From NCBI GenBank assembly GCA_963677925.2, contig CAXXYH010000004.1, forward strand, positions 864,001 to 928,000: a DNA stretch of 64,000 nucleotides. The letters are read 5' to 3'. The DNA comes from Spirochaetia bacterium (GTDB lineage Bacteria > Spirochaetota > Spirochaetia > UBA9216). Made by a program: the position numbers and the translations under genes. The notes under the pieces are model-generated. The model was not told the DNA's origin, searched no databases, and saw only the letters and a list, made by a program, of their open reading frames with translations. Positions 48,247-58,683 of the stretch are shown in pieces (the stretch's first letter is position 1; each line of letters opens with the position of its first letter).

Positions 48247-48386
48247 CTCAGCCGGTTCTCCGGTGCGGGTTGGATATTAAAAAGTTTTTACTCGGTAAAG
48301 GGTCGTCGTCCATCGTTTACTAAAATACTATAATAAAAACAAATATATAATGCAATACACGCAAAATTATGTATTAGAATATAGAT

Positions 48387-49040
48387 ATGAAGAATATTGT
48401 ATGTTTCGGTGATTCTAATACATGGGGTTATAGTCCTGAAAGCGGGGAAAGATACCCCTATGAAACCAGATGGACTTCTGTACTGCAGAAGGAGCTTGGT
48501 GCCGGGTACATTGTAATCCCTGAGGGCTTAAACGGAAGAACAACAGTCTGGGATGATCCTTTCAATGAGCTCCGCAAGGGGATTGACCACCTGATGCCTG
48601 TTCTCCTGACACATAAGCCGATAGATCTGCTTGTTCTGATGCTCGGAACCAATGATTCCAAAAACTTTCTCGGAAATACATCGATGGCAATAGGCTGGGG
48701 GCTGAGGTTTCTTGTTGAAACAGTGCAGGCCTCAGGCTGCGGAAAGAATGACGGTGCCCCGACGGTCCTTATTGTAAGTCCTGCTCCGGTGAAAGAGGTG
48801 AAATCGGATAATCCGCCCTTTGATATAAGAAGTTTCGCTTCAATTGCCGGCCATAACCCGACCGAAGTTTCGAAAGGCCTGTCCGCGGAATACCGGATGA
48901 TTGCAGAAGATTTATCATGCGGCTTTTTTGATGCATCAGGCTGTGCAGAGGTAAGCGATCTGGATGGGGTTCATCTGACAATAGAGAGTCATGCTGCTTT
49001 AGGGGCTGAGCTTGCCGGGGTGATAAGACAGATATTTTGA
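48387..49040 (+). CDS. SGNH/GDSL hydrolase (arylesterase-like)
   Basis: FGDSNTWG, EGLNGRTT, MLGTND, DGVHL. Confidence 0.92.
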   Translation: MKNIVCFGDSNTWGYSPESGERYPYETRWTSVLQKELGAGYIVIPEGLNGRTTVWDDPFNELRKGIDHLMPVLLTHKPIDLLVLMLGTNDSKNFLGNTSMAIGWGLRFLVETVQASGCGKNDGAPTVLIVSPAPVKEVKSDNPPFDIRSFASIAGHNPTEVSKGLSAEYRMIAEDLSCGFFDASGCAEVSDLDGVHLTIESHAALGAELAGVIRQIF

Positions 49041-49107
49041 TTAATGTCCGGTTAAATTATAATATCTATCTTGAAAATATTTATGTATGGTATATCCTTT
49101 TAAGGAT

Positions 49108-50598
49108 ATGAAAAAAATATTATTCACAATAATTTTTTTTGCTGCAATCCTATCATCTGTTACATTTTCCTGTGATGATTTTCAATTTCCGGGTCTTACT
49201 GGTATAACCGATGATAACACAGATGATTCATCAACTAGTGATGGTGAAACTGATGATGACTCTTCGGTTCCTAACGCTGTGTCCGGATTATCAGTCGAAA
49301 GCACTTCTATTGACAGCATTGTACTCCTCTGGGCTGACAATTCCGATGATGAAGATGGCTTTATCGTGGAACAGTCTCTTATGGAAACAGAGGCTTTTAC
49401 AGAGGCCGCCGATCTGAGTTCAAATATTGAAACTGTAGTTATTTCCGGACTTTCTCAGGATACTGAGTATTTTTTTAGAGTTTATGCGTATAATGCAAAT
49501 GGTGATTCATCATATTCTGCAGTTGTTTCCGGAACCACTCTGCAGGAGCTTTCTACACCGAATAGCCCTTCTGAGCTCATGGTTACCGGTGAATCCTCCT
49601 CTACTGTAAGTCTCAGCTGGACTGATAATTCTGATAATGAAGATGGTTTTATTATTGAGATGTCGGAAACTGGATTGGAGTCTTCCTACTCCGAGGCGGC
49701 TGATACAACGGCTGATTCTGTTATTATCACTGGACTTGAAGCTGAAACTGAATATTTTTTCAGAGTTTATGCATATAAGAGTACTGATAATTCTGATTAT
49801 TCAAATGTAATTTCTGCAGAAACGGATACTGCCGGAACAATCAATACATCAGCCCCCGATACAACTGAAAGGCTGGTATTTATTCATCATTCCTGTGGAA
49901 GCAATTGGCTTGGCACAGGTAATGGAAATCTTGGTGATACACTTGGTTCAAATAACTACTTCGTTAGGGATATAACGTATAATTGGGATGAAGCTGAGCC
50001 GGGCGGAGTTGAAACTGGAGATTATACCGATACAAGACATTGGACTGAATATTGGTTTAATGATACTACAATGCCGGCTGTTTACATTACTGAATCAAAA
50101 TATGCCTCTTATACCTCAATCAGCAATCCTAGTGGGGAAAATGACATAATAATGTTTAAATCATGTTATCCCAACAGTGAAGTTTATTCTTCAATTACAG
50201 ATGAGAAAGCCTATTATAATCAGCTTCTTGACTATTTTGTTCTTCATCAGGATAAATTATTCATTCTTATCACCCCTCCAGGCGAAGCTGTTGTATCAAG
50301 TTATTTGCTGACTCAGGAACTTTGTGAATGGCTTGTTGATGAAGAAAACGGCTGGCTGAAAGATTATGCTGGAAATAACGTAGGCGTTTTTGATTTCTAT
50401 TGTGTACTTTCGGAAACTGATTCCCATCACACAATTGAAAATGGTAGCATTGTGTATGAATATGCAGCAGAATATGACGGCATATCGCCGTATCACGACG
50501 GTGATGATCACCCCAACATTATAGGAAACCAGAAATCAACCGATGAATTCATCCCTCTGTTAAACTATTACCGGAATAGATGGCGCGGTGTAGAATAA
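49108..50598 (+). CDS. Lipoprotein with two FN3 domains and an SGNH-like C-terminal domain
   Basis: Lipobox TFSC; two 'W.DNSD.EDGF....GL...TEYFFRVYAY' repeats; HHSCG, FKSCYPNS, DDHPN. Confidence 0.75.
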   Translation: MKKILFTIIFFAAILSSVTFSCDDFQFPGLTGITDDNTDDSSTSDGETDDDSSVPNAVSGLSVESTSIDSIVLLWADNSDDEDGFIVEQSLMETEAFTEAADLSSNIETVVISGLSQDTEYFFRVYAYNANGDSSYSAVVSGTTLQELSTPNSPSELMVTGESSSTVSLSWTDNSDNEDGFIIEMSETGLESSYSEAADTTADSVIITGLEAETEYFFRVYAYKSTDNSDYSNVISAETDTAGTINTSAPDTTERLVFIHHSCGSNWLGTGNGNLGDTLGSNNYFVRDITYNWDEAEPGGVETGDYTDTRHWTEYWFNDTTMPAVYITESKYASYTSISNPSGENDIIMFKSCYPNSEVYSSITDEKAYYNQLLDYFVLHQDKLFILITPPGEAVVSSYLLTQELCEWLVDEENGWLKDYAGNNVGVFDFYCVLSETDSHHTIENGSIVYEYAAEYDGISPYHDGDDHPNIIGNQKSTDEFIPLLNYYRNRWRGVE

Positions 50599-50708
50599 AT
50601 TTTTAAACTCCTATTTGCCGACAGCAGAAAAAATTATTATATTTTCTCCAAACAAATAATTAATGGGAATATCCCGCTTTAGATAGTTAATTAGGAGAGA
50701 ATTTACTG

Positions 50709-52580
50709 ATGTCAAAGAAGAAATTTAAAACCGAAATTTCGCAGCTTCTGGATCTTATCACCCATTCGCTGTATTCACACAAGGAGATCTTCCTTCGTGA
50801 GCTAGTTTCCAATTCATCTGACGCGCTTGATAAGCTTAAATACCTCACACTCACGGATGACAGTCTTAAGACCCTTAATTTTGAACCGCGCATAGATATC
50901 AGTTTTGATTCAGATGCAAAGACCTTCACTGTAGCGGATACCGGAATCGGTATGAATGCAGAGGACCTCGAGGCCAACCTCGGTACAATCGCCAGATCCG
51001 GTACTAAGAACTTCCTCAGCCAGCTTACAGGCGACGCAAAGAAGGAATCCAACCTTATCGGACAGTTCGGTGTAGGTTTCTACTCATGTTTTATGATTGC
51101 AGACAAGGTTGAGGTTATTGCAAAGAAGGCTGGCGATGAGCAGGCCTGGAAATGGTCCAGCGACGGTAAGACTGACTACACAGTTACTGAGGCTGACCGC
51201 GAAACTCAGGGTTCTACAGTTATATTGCACCTTAATGAGAGTGGCACAGAGTATGCCAACAGATGGCAGATTGAACAGCTTGTTAAAAAATATTCAAACC
51301 ACATAGCATTTCCGATCTTCCTTGAATACGACCAGTCCAACTGGGAAGGCGAGGGTGATGACCGCAAGGAAATCAAGGAACACAAGATCGAGCAGATCAA
51401 CAGTGCTTCTGCAATGTGGAAGAAATCAAAGTCCGAGCTAACCGACGAAGATTACAACGAATTCTATAAGACCATCGGTCATGATAACGAAGACCCGATG
51501 CTTCATATTCATACAAAGGCCGAGGGAACCCAGGAATACACAACCCTTTTCTACATCCCCTCCAAGGCTCCCTTTGACCTCTACCAGGCTGACTATAAGC
51601 CGGGTGTAAAGCTCTACATCAAACGTGTATTTATTACCGATGATGAGAAGGAGCTGATGCCTGTTTACCTGCGCTTCCTTCGCGGTGTCATCGATTCTGA
51701 GGACCTTCCGCTTAACGTAAGCCGTGAGATCCTGCAGCAGAACAGGGTTCTGGAATCAATCAGAAGCTCATCCGTTAAAAAGGTTCTGGGTGAGTTCAAG
51801 AAGCTTGCGGAAAACAATCCCGAGAAATACAAGGACTTCATAGAGCAGTACAACAGACCGCTCAAGGAAGGTCTCTACTCCGATTACGCGAACCGTGAAA
51901 CCATTCTGGACCTCGTTCGATACAAATCAACTGAGGAAGAGGGCTGGGTAAGCTTCAAGCAGTATCAGGATCGCATGAAGGAAGACCAGAAGGCTATTTA
52001 CTACATCACCGGCGGAAATGAGTCTACCCTCAGAAACTCTCCGCTTCTTGAGGCTTACAGGAAAAAGGGTATTGAAGTCCTGATTATGGATGATGAGATA
52101 GATGAGATTGTTACACCTTCAATAATGAAATACAGCGAAATTGAGCTTAAGGCTGTAAACAAGAGCGGCGCTGCAGATGATCTCAAGACTGAAGAGGATA
52201 AGGAAAAGGAAAAGGATCTTGAACCGGTAATTAAAAAGATTAAGAAGGTTCTGGGCGACAAGGTTAAAGATGTTGTTGCATCAACAAGGCTTTCAGATTC
52301 TCCTTCCTGTATCGTGGCTGATGAGAATGATCCTACAATGCAGATGCAGCAGATGATGCGCGCAATGGGTCAGACAGACATGCCGGAGATTGTTCCCATT
52401 CTTGAGGTTAACCCCGATCATGAGATTGTTACAAAACTCAAGGATCTTGGCGACAAGGATATGTTCAACGATATCTGCTTTCTCCTGCTTGAGCAGGCGA
52501 TGCTTGTTGAAGGTACCGAGCTTAAGGAACCTGCTGAATTCGTAAAAAGACTTAACAGGGTAATGGGTAAGGCTGTTTAG
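50709..52580 (+). CDS. htpG: Chaperone HtpG (Hsp90)
   Basis: YSHKEIFLRELVSN, DTGIGM, LGTIARSGT, IGQFGVGFYS, LPLNVSRE. Confidence 0.98.
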   Translation: MSKKKFKTEISQLLDLITHSLYSHKEIFLRELVSNSSDALDKLKYLTLTDDSLKTLNFEPRIDISFDSDAKTFTVADTGIGMNAEDLEANLGTIARSGTKNFLSQLTGDAKKESNLIGQFGVGFYSCFMIADKVEVIAKKAGDEQAWKWSSDGKTDYTVTEADRETQGSTVILHLNESGTEYANRWQIEQLVKKYSNHIAFPIFLEYDQSNWEGEGDDRKEIKEHKIEQINSASAMWKKSKSELTDEDYNEFYKTIGHDNEDPMLHIHTKAEGTQEYTTLFYIPSKAPFDLYQADYKPGVKLYIKRVFITDDEKELMPVYLRFLRGVIDSEDLPLNVSREILQQNRVLESIRSSSVKKVLGEFKKLAENNPEKYKDFIEQYNRPLKEGLYSDYANRETILDLVRYKSTEEEGWVSFKQYQDRMKEDQKAIYYITGGNESTLRNSPLLEAYRKKGIEVLIMDDEIDEIVTPSIMKYSEIELKAVNKSGAADDLKTEEDKEKEKDLEPVIKKIKKVLGDKVKDVVASTRLSDSPSCIVADENDPTMQMQQMMRAMGQTDMPEIVPILEVNPDHEIVTKLKDLGDKDMFNDICFLLLEQAMLVEGTELKEPAEFVKRLNRVMGKAV

Positions 52581-52653
52581 TTTATAATCAGGTAACCTGT
52601 AAATTACACCGGCTTGACCGGAATTATTAAGGGCAGCTTCAGTTAGGGGCTGC

Positions 52654-53985
52654 CTATTTTTTTAATCGATCGACATTCTTCTGCATTCCTTCAAAAATGC
52701 TCCGGCTTATATTTTCCGGAAATTCAGGAGGCAGATTTTTTGATGTTTCGTTAATTACATCCGGGACTTTGTTTATAATATCATCAATTAGTTTCTCGGC
52801 TGAATGAACCGCGAAACCGGTGAGCTTTGCCGTCTCAATCCAGTGGCGCCTGAATATTTTATTCCAGTGATATTTCTTACCCTTGCCGCCATGCACAGCC
52901 ATAGCCATCCTGATTTTCCCGGGATGAATCTTACCCCTGCTGTTGCCAATTGCCGGATAAACTGAGATAACATCGTAGAAAGGTGTAAGGCTGAACCGTC
53001 CCTGCGGATGTATGAAAATACTGAAATTCTTTGCATGTCCATCAGGAGCAGCAAGAAGCCAGTATAAAATCTGAGCTTTAAAGAACTGTTCCCGATCTTC
53101 AGCCGGATTTAATGAACCATTCAGGATTGAAAGTATTTCTTTGATACCCGGCCCACCATCGCTTTCATACTTATAACCTCCGGAGGTTCCTGTAGCCTGG
53201 CACATATCCTCCTGCGGGAGCCTCAGCAGTACGGTTTTGTCACTATTAAACTTGCGATCAAACCTTTTTATGCTTAGCACCTTTTCGGTACCAAAATTTA
53301 GAATACTGCAATCGGGTAGACGTAAGCCGAAATCTTTCAGGATCCTAATGCACAGCCATTCATTCTCAACTGAATCTGAAAGATCAATATTATCCTGGCC
53401 GATAATGCCGAGAGGCAGCTTGAAGATATGGGTAGTTGGAGTTGTTCCCTCAGGAAGCATCCATTGTCCATTATGAAAGAGAAATGCTGTTTTTTCCTGC
53501 GCTCCGGCCAGTGAAATCCTGAAAAACTGCTCATTGGTATTCTGATACGCTGATATTGCGCGGGATTTTAAAATACTTTCTATGTCTTTATCTGATAGAA
53601 TCTTTCCTTTTATCATTCCGGGGTTAACAGGTGGCTTGTCTGCAGGGGAGAGCTGTATGGCTCCTATACAGTCTTTTCCAACTTTTTCAAGAATGCCAAA
53701 TCCGTCAGTTGTTCTTAACCCCAGCCTGATCTGCATACGTTTCCGTATTTCCAGCGAGTCGGGAAGCAGATTGTCAAAAAACGATTCGACAATCGGACCC
53801 TTAAACTCATAGTCTGATACGGTGAGTGGAAGGGAGAGTGACAGAGGTCTTGAATTAGCTGACAGGAGCCAAGAATCAGAATAACTGAATTTACTCACAG
53901 GAGAGGTTGTCCATGTGCCGACTATTTCGTTATTCATATAGACATGAAGGCTCTGCTGCTGTTTATTTTTTCCCATTCCTACCAA
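52654..53985 (-). CDS. hipA: HipA family toxin kinase
   Basis: N-terminal 'FFDNLLPD' HipA-N domain, ISLAGAQEK, THIFK, QEDMCQA, DGHAKNFS, PFYD. Confidence 0.95.
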   Translation of the reverse strand: MVGMGKNKQQQSLHVYMNNEIVGTWTTSPVSKFSYSDSWLLSANSRPLSLSLPLTVSDYEFKGPIVESFFDNLLPDSLEIRKRMQIRLGLRTTDGFGILEKVGKDCIGAIQLSPADKPPVNPGMIKGKILSDKDIESILKSRAISAYQNTNEQFFRISLAGAQEKTAFLFHNGQWMLPEGTTPTTHIFKLPLGIIGQDNIDLSDSVENEWLCIRILKDFGLRLPDCSILNFGTEKVLSIKRFDRKFNSDKTVLLRLPQEDMCQATGTSGGYKYESDGGPGIKEILSILNGSLNPAEDREQFFKAQILYWLLAAPDGHAKNFSIFIHPQGRFSLTPFYDVISVYPAIGNSRGKIHPGKIRMAMAVHGGKGKKYHWNKIFRRHWIETAKLTGFAVHSAEKLIDDIINKVPDVINETSKNLPPEFPENISRSIFEGMQKNVDRLKK

Positions 53986-54227
53986 TCCCCGCCATCTTGA
54001 GACTCGCCTGGTTTCTGTTTCTCTATGATATGTAGTTCCAAGTCCAGAGCCGAAAGCAGTTTAAACAGGCTGTCCAGTGTGCACCTGTCGGGATTATTCT
54101 CAAGCAGTGACACTGTTTTCGGGAGCAGGCCTGTTTTATCTGCGGCCTCTGCCTGCGTCAGTTTTCTGCTTTTCCGGAAACTTTTGAGAATTACTGCAAG
54201 CTGATTTGGTCCCTGTATAAAGCTCAT
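53979..54227 (-). CDS. hipB: HipB-type HTH antitoxin
   Basis: XRE HTH (LTQAEAA..GL..KTVS.LE); overlaps the hipA start. Confidence 0.9.
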   Translation of the reverse strand: MSFIQGPNQLAVILKSFRKSRKLTQAEAADKTGLLPKTVSLLENNPDRCTLDSLFKLLSALDLELHIIEKQKPGESQDGGDW

Positions 54228-54299
54228 TATACCCTCCAGGGTTTATTTTGTAATTATACCCCAAAAGGTATAAATTGTAAATATACCTTTTAGGGTATA
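54228..54299. promoter_or_regulatory. Three hipBA operators TATACC-N6-GGTATA
   Basis: At 54228 (one mismatch), 54255 and 54282; exact 27-bp period. Confidence 0.82.
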
Positions 54300-54407
54300 A
54301 AGAAGATGTGGATGACTCTTCCTTAAATCTCTGATATGCACCTCTACATATGCCATGTTTGAGGTTGTCTTCTTGCTTTTAGCATAAAATACGTGCAATA
54401 TGTGTGA

Positions 54408-54884
54408 ATGAAAAAACTTAGAAACCCTTTTATAGGACATAAAGATTATAACTGCTTCGGCTGTGCTCCGGATAACGAGCACGGCCTGCGTATGGAATTC
54501 TGGGAGGACGGTGAAGAGATCGTCTGCCTCTGGGATGCCCCTGATTACTTTCAGGGGTATAATTACATCCTGCATGGCGGGGTGAGGGCCGCGCTGATAG
54601 ATGAGCTTGCGGCCTGGGTGGTCTTTGTAAAACTGAAGACTGCAGGCTATACGACCAGGCTTGATGTAAACTACAACGGAGGAGCTTATACCAACCGCGG
54701 CAAGGTTACCCTGCGCGGCCGTTTGATCGAAATGAAGAAGAATATCGCTGTGGTTACAGTTGATCTCTACAACGAGAAAGACGAGGTTGTAACAAGCGGA
54801 ACAGCAGAGTATTTTACGATTCCTGAAAAGATAGCCATGAAAAAGATGATGTATCCGGGGATTGAAGCCTTTTACGGCGAGTGA
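54408..54884 (+). CDS. PaaI-family hotdog thioesterase
   Basis: CFGCAPDN..GL and LHGG...LIDE motifs. Confidence 0.88.
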   Translation: MKKLRNPFIGHKDYNCFGCAPDNEHGLRMEFWEDGEEIVCLWDAPDYFQGYNYILHGGVRAALIDELAAWVVFVKLKTAGYTTRLDVNYNGGAYTNRGKVTLRGRLIEMKKNIAVVTVDLYNEKDEVVTSGTAEYFTIPEKIAMKKMMYPGIEAFYGE

Positions 54885-54899
54885 TGCAGAAGCCTGTCA

Positions 54900-55925
54900 T
54901 TAAATTGACAGGCTTTCGATTATTTTGCATATCGGACCAATATCTTCCCTTTCCACGGCAAGGCTGGTAACCATCCGGACAGCGTGGAAGCCGGCCGCGC
55001 TGCATAGGACTCCCTGCTTTTTAAGGGCGTCTACGGCCTCTGAGGCGCTGCAGCCTTTAGTTTCAAAGAAAATTATATTAGTCTCCACCTTTGCCGGATC
55101 TATTGAAGCCCAGGATGTTTCTGCAAGCGCTGCTGCTATTTCCTTTGCGGCGGCGTGATCATCGGCAATCCTTTCGACGTGATTATCAAGTGAATAGAGG
55201 CCTGCCGCTGCCAGTATACCGGCCTGCCGCATCCCCCCGCCTAACATCTTCCTTACTCTTCTGGCTTCTGCTATGAATCTGGTGCTACCGCAGAGAAGGC
55301 TCCCGACGGGGGCTCCGAGGCCCTTTGAGATACAGAATGTGACAGTGTCGGCATAGGATGAAATCTGCTTTACGCTTATGCCGCTTGCTTCGGCTGCGTT
55401 GAAGATGCGGGCGCCGTCGATGTGGACCGGAAGGCTGTGCTCTTTTGCGAGTTCGGAGACGGCCTTGAGTTCGGCTTCGGAGTAGCAGGTGCCGCCTTCC
55501 TTGTTATGGGTGTTTTCGAGTTCGATCAGTCCGGAGACGGGCATATAGTAGATATCGTCGCGGATGAGCGGCTTGATTGCTTCGGGTGTGAGGATTCCGC
55601 GTTCCCCGTCGAGTCCGATTACCGAAGAGCCGGCAATTGAGGCTGCCGAGGAGAGTTCGTAATGGATGATGTGGCTGTTTTTATGGGTTAGGACTTCCCG
55701 GCCCTTGCCGGCCTGGACGTAGATTGCTATAAGGTTGCCCATTGAGCCTGATGGAACGAAGATTGCCGCCTGTTTGCCGGTGATTTCAGCGGCGCGGTCC
55801 TGCAGGAGGTTGATGGTGGCGTCTTCGCCGTATACGTCGTCGCCGACTTCAGCCTTTGACATTGCCTCGCGCATGGCAGGGGTCGGTTTTGTTACTGTGT
55901 CTGATCTGAGATCGTATATTTTCAT
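54900..55925 (-). CDS. ltaE: Low-specificity L-threonine aldolase
   Basis: DLRSDTVT, VGDDVY, LENTHN, HIDGARIFNA, SKGLGAPVG, GGGMRQ. Confidence 0.95.
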   Translation of the reverse strand: MKIYDLRSDTVTKPTPAMREAMSKAEVGDDVYGEDATINLLQDRAAEITGKQAAIFVPSGSMGNLIAIYVQAGKGREVLTHKNSHIIHYELSSAASIAGSSVIGLDGERGILTPEAIKPLIRDDIYYMPVSGLIELENTHNKEGGTCYSEAELKAVSELAKEHSLPVHIDGARIFNAAEASGISVKQISSYADTVTFCISKGLGAPVGSLLCGSTRFIAEARRVRKMLGGGMRQAGILAAAGLYSLDNHVERIADDHAAAKEIAAALAETSWASIDPAKVETNIIFFETKGCSASEAVDALKKQGVLCSAAGFHAVRMVTSLAVEREDIGPICKIIESLSI

Positions 55926-55939
55926 CTCTGTCTCCTGTA

Positions 55940-57268
55940 TTAATTTTTAATCAGCTGATTCAGCTGGTCGAAGAATCCGGGGTAGGTGATGGCTACGGCC
56001 TCTTTATCGGTGATCGTGGTTGTCCCTTCTGCCTTGAGCCCGGCGATTGCGAGCGACATCACTATGCGGTGGTCTCCGTGACCTTCAACTTTACAGCCTT
56101 TCAGAGTACTGCCGCCTTTAATTATGAGTCCGTCATCGAGTTCGCTTATCTCCGCGCCGAGTTTTGAAAGTTCGGCTGCCATCACGGCGATACGGTCTGT
56201 TTCCTTGATTCGGGCCTGGGCGACGTTTACAAGCTTTGTTTCGCCTTCGGCAAAGCAGGCTGTGACCGCCATTGCCGGGAGTGCGTCGGGAGTAGCGTTT
56301 ATATCAAGCTCAGCGGCCCTGAGAGTTTTTTCCGGGTTGTCGGAATGTCCGGGGCCGATGACAGTGATTTCTGTTCCGTCATGGACGATTTTGCAGCCCA
56401 TCTGTTCGAGGTAGCCGAGTACTGCCTTGTCTCCCTGGGAATCGTTTATATCAAGCCCTGTGAAGATCAGTTTTGAGCCGGTAATAGCTGCGGCGCAGAA
56501 AAAGAAGGTTGCCGAGCTGAAGTCTCCGGGGATGGGGCGGCTGAAGGCTTTGTAGCTCTGGCCGCCTGATATTTCGAAGGATTTAAAGTCATTATTTTTG
56601 TAGCTGATGCCCTGCTCATCAAGCCATCGCAGGGTCATTTCAACATAGGGCTGCTCCATTAGAAGCGGGACATTTATTATGCTTTCTGCACCGGTTGCTG
56701 CTGTGGCGAGCGGGGTAGCAAGCAGAAGCGCGGACAGGTACTGGCTTGTGGGGCACTCGATTGATGTTGTGCCGCCTGTGAGCGGGCCGGTTATTGTGAA
56801 GGGAGCGCATCCGCCGGTTCCCTCGCGTTTAACATCTGTGCCGAGGTCTTCAAGGCTTTTGAGCAGGTTATCGGCTGAGCGGCGCTGAATCTGCTCATCG
56901 CCTGTGAACTGTACGGCTGTTTTTGCAAGCGCCGCCATTCCGGCTGCGAGGTAGAGTGTTGTACCTGAGTTGCCCACATCGATTGCCGGCATTCTGTCGG
57001 GGAAGCGGCCTCTGTTTCCGGTTACCTTCCATACGGCAGTGCCGTCTGCGGCGGTACCTTCGGTATCTATCAAAGCACCGAAAGCGCGGCAGGCCTCAAT
57101 GCATGAGCGGGCGTCGGCTGAATCGAGCGGGTTGGTAAGGCTGCTTTCGCCGTCGGCGAATGATGCAATAAGAAGCGCCCTGATGGTATGTGATTTTGAG
57201 GACGGAACCTGGACCTTTGTGTTTTCATCCAGTTTTTTCCGGCCTATAGAGTTAATTGTTGCGTCCAT
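55940..57268 (-). CDS. aroA: 3-phosphoshikimate 1-carboxyvinyltransferase (EPSP synthase)
   Basis: SKSHTIR, GNSGTT, SQYLSA, KETDRI, DHRIVM. Confidence 0.96.
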   Translation of the reverse strand: MDATINSIGRKKLDENTKVQVPSSKSHTIRALLIASFADGESSLTNPLDSADARSCIEACRAFGALIDTEGTAADGTAVWKVTGNRGRFPDRMPAIDVGNSGTTLYLAAGMAALAKTAVQFTGDEQIQRRSADNLLKSLEDLGTDVKREGTGGCAPFTITGPLTGGTTSIECPTSQYLSALLLATPLATAATGAESIINVPLLMEQPYVEMTLRWLDEQGISYKNNDFKSFEISGGQSYKAFSRPIPGDFSSATFFFCAAAITGSKLIFTGLDINDSQGDKAVLGYLEQMGCKIVHDGTEITVIGPGHSDNPEKTLRAAELDINATPDALPAMAVTACFAEGETKLVNVAQARIKETDRIAVMAAELSKLGAEISELDDGLIIKGGSTLKGCKVEGHGDHRIVMSLAIAGLKAEGTTTITDKEAVAITYPGFFDQLNQLIKN

Positions 57269-57295
57269 ACCTGATTATACAGTAGAATCACTGTT

Positions 57296-58669
57296 ATGTC
57301 TTATTCATTGCTAGCTGATTTGGATTCTAAAATCAGCGGCGATATCAGAAAAAAGCTTCTCCTGATTAATTATCAGCGCCTCGCTGTCGCCATGCCTGTA
57401 TTCAGTCTGTCGCTGCTGCTTTTGATTTTATTGAACGGGCAGACTATGATATGGGGTTATAAAACCGGTGATTTTGTCGGTTTCAATCTTCCTATACTGA
57501 TAGTTCAGCTGTTTTTTATGGCTTGGTATTATCTTTACCGGCCTAAAACAGAAGCAGATATAAAACCTTATCATCAATTATATATTTATCTTCATTATGC
57601 TGTTTTTATTGTATGGGCTGCAATAACATCTGCCAGTGAGTACGAAGTTTCAGGAGACTACATTGTATTCATGTTTGCTGTGCTGATTGGAGCCGGTGTG
57701 AATACTCTGAGATCCGTATATACAGTAATAATGGGAATTTTCGGAGTTGCGTTGATGCATCTCTATAATCTTCCGCTTTTACTGCAGATGCAGTTTGTTG
57801 ATGCGCTGATAATATCGCTGATTATTGTGATAGCCTTTTTCTTCTGCAGGATGAATAATAAAACGCTCATAAAACTGTTCCTTCAGGATATCGAACTCGA
57901 GCAGAGAGTTGAAGATCGTACAAAAGAGCTTGAGATGCAGACCAGCAACGCTAAGAAATCAGAGAACCTGAAAAGTATTTTTCTGGCCAATATGTCGCAT
58001 GAGATTCGAACCCCGCTCAACGGAATTATCGGCTTCTCAAGGCTTCTAAAGGATTTCAGGGACGGTGAGGAACAGCGGGAACAGTACATAGAAATTATCA
58101 ATACAAGTGCTAAAAATCTGCTTAATATTCTGAATGATATAATCGAGGTCTCAAGAATTGAAGCCGGTGAATGCGATCTTCTTCTTGAGAATATTGACCT
58201 TAATGCCGTGATTGATGAAACGGTAAGCGGATTCCTTGGTTACGATGCAGTAGTGGCTGGTTCAATCAGTCTGGAGGTCGATGGCTGTGCCGGCTCTAAT
58301 CCTTTGATGATTGTCAGTGACCGGATAAAGATCATTCAGATACTCAACAACCTCATAAGCAACGCTATCAAGTATTCCCGGGACGGCCGTATTCATGTCC
58401 GCTGCGGGATCAATCCCGCCGGAGAACTTCTGCTTGAGGTTGAAGATTCCGGAATCGGAATACGTGAGGAAGACGCAGCTCTGATCTTTGAGCGCTTCAG
58501 GCAGGCCGGCGGATGCATTTACGGGGTGCGTGAAGGTGTAGGGCTGGGACTTACCATCGTAAAAGGATATACTGATATGCTCGGGGGACGGGTTGAACTT
58601 GAGTCTGAATACGGCAGAGGTTCAATTTTCCGGATAGTCCTTACCGGAAACCTGCATAGCAGAATCTAA
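57296..58669 (+). CDS. Membrane sensor histidine kinase (HisKA + HATPase)
   Basis: Multi-TM N-terminus, ANMSHEIRTPLNG, NNLISNAIK, DSGIGI, GVGLGL. Confidence 0.92.
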   Translation: MSYSLLADLDSKISGDIRKKLLLINYQRLAVAMPVFSLSLLLLILLNGQTMIWGYKTGDFVGFNLPILIVQLFFMAWYYLYRPKTEADIKPYHQLYIYLHYAVFIVWAAITSASEYEVSGDYIVFMFAVLIGAGVNTLRSVYTVIMGIFGVALMHLYNLPLLLQMQFVDALIISLIIVIAFFFCRMNNKTLIKLFLQDIELEQRVEDRTKELEMQTSNAKKSENLKSIFLANMSHEIRTPLNGIIGFSRLLKDFRDGEEQREQYIEIINTSAKNLLNILNDIIEVSRIEAGECDLLLENIDLNAVIDETVSGFLGYDAVVAGSISLEVDGCAGSNPLMIVSDRIKIIQILNNLISNAIKYSRDGRIHVRCGINPAGELLLEVEDSGIGIREEDAALIFERFRQAGGCIYGVREGVGLGLTIVKGYTDMLGGRVELESEYGRGSIFRIVLTGNLHSRI

Positions 58670-58683
58670 AGGCGGCTGATCAC

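Noticed and set aside
2485-58101. Many short antisense or alternate-frame ORFs in the track (e.g. 2485, 11330, 33672, 47783, 50687)
   Set aside because: They overlap well-supported genes and show no recognisable motifs
57296-58669. Histidine kinase as cognate partner of the bEBP
   Set aside because: It is 24 kb away and the bEBP receiver lacks the phospho-acceptor Asp; there is no evidence of a link
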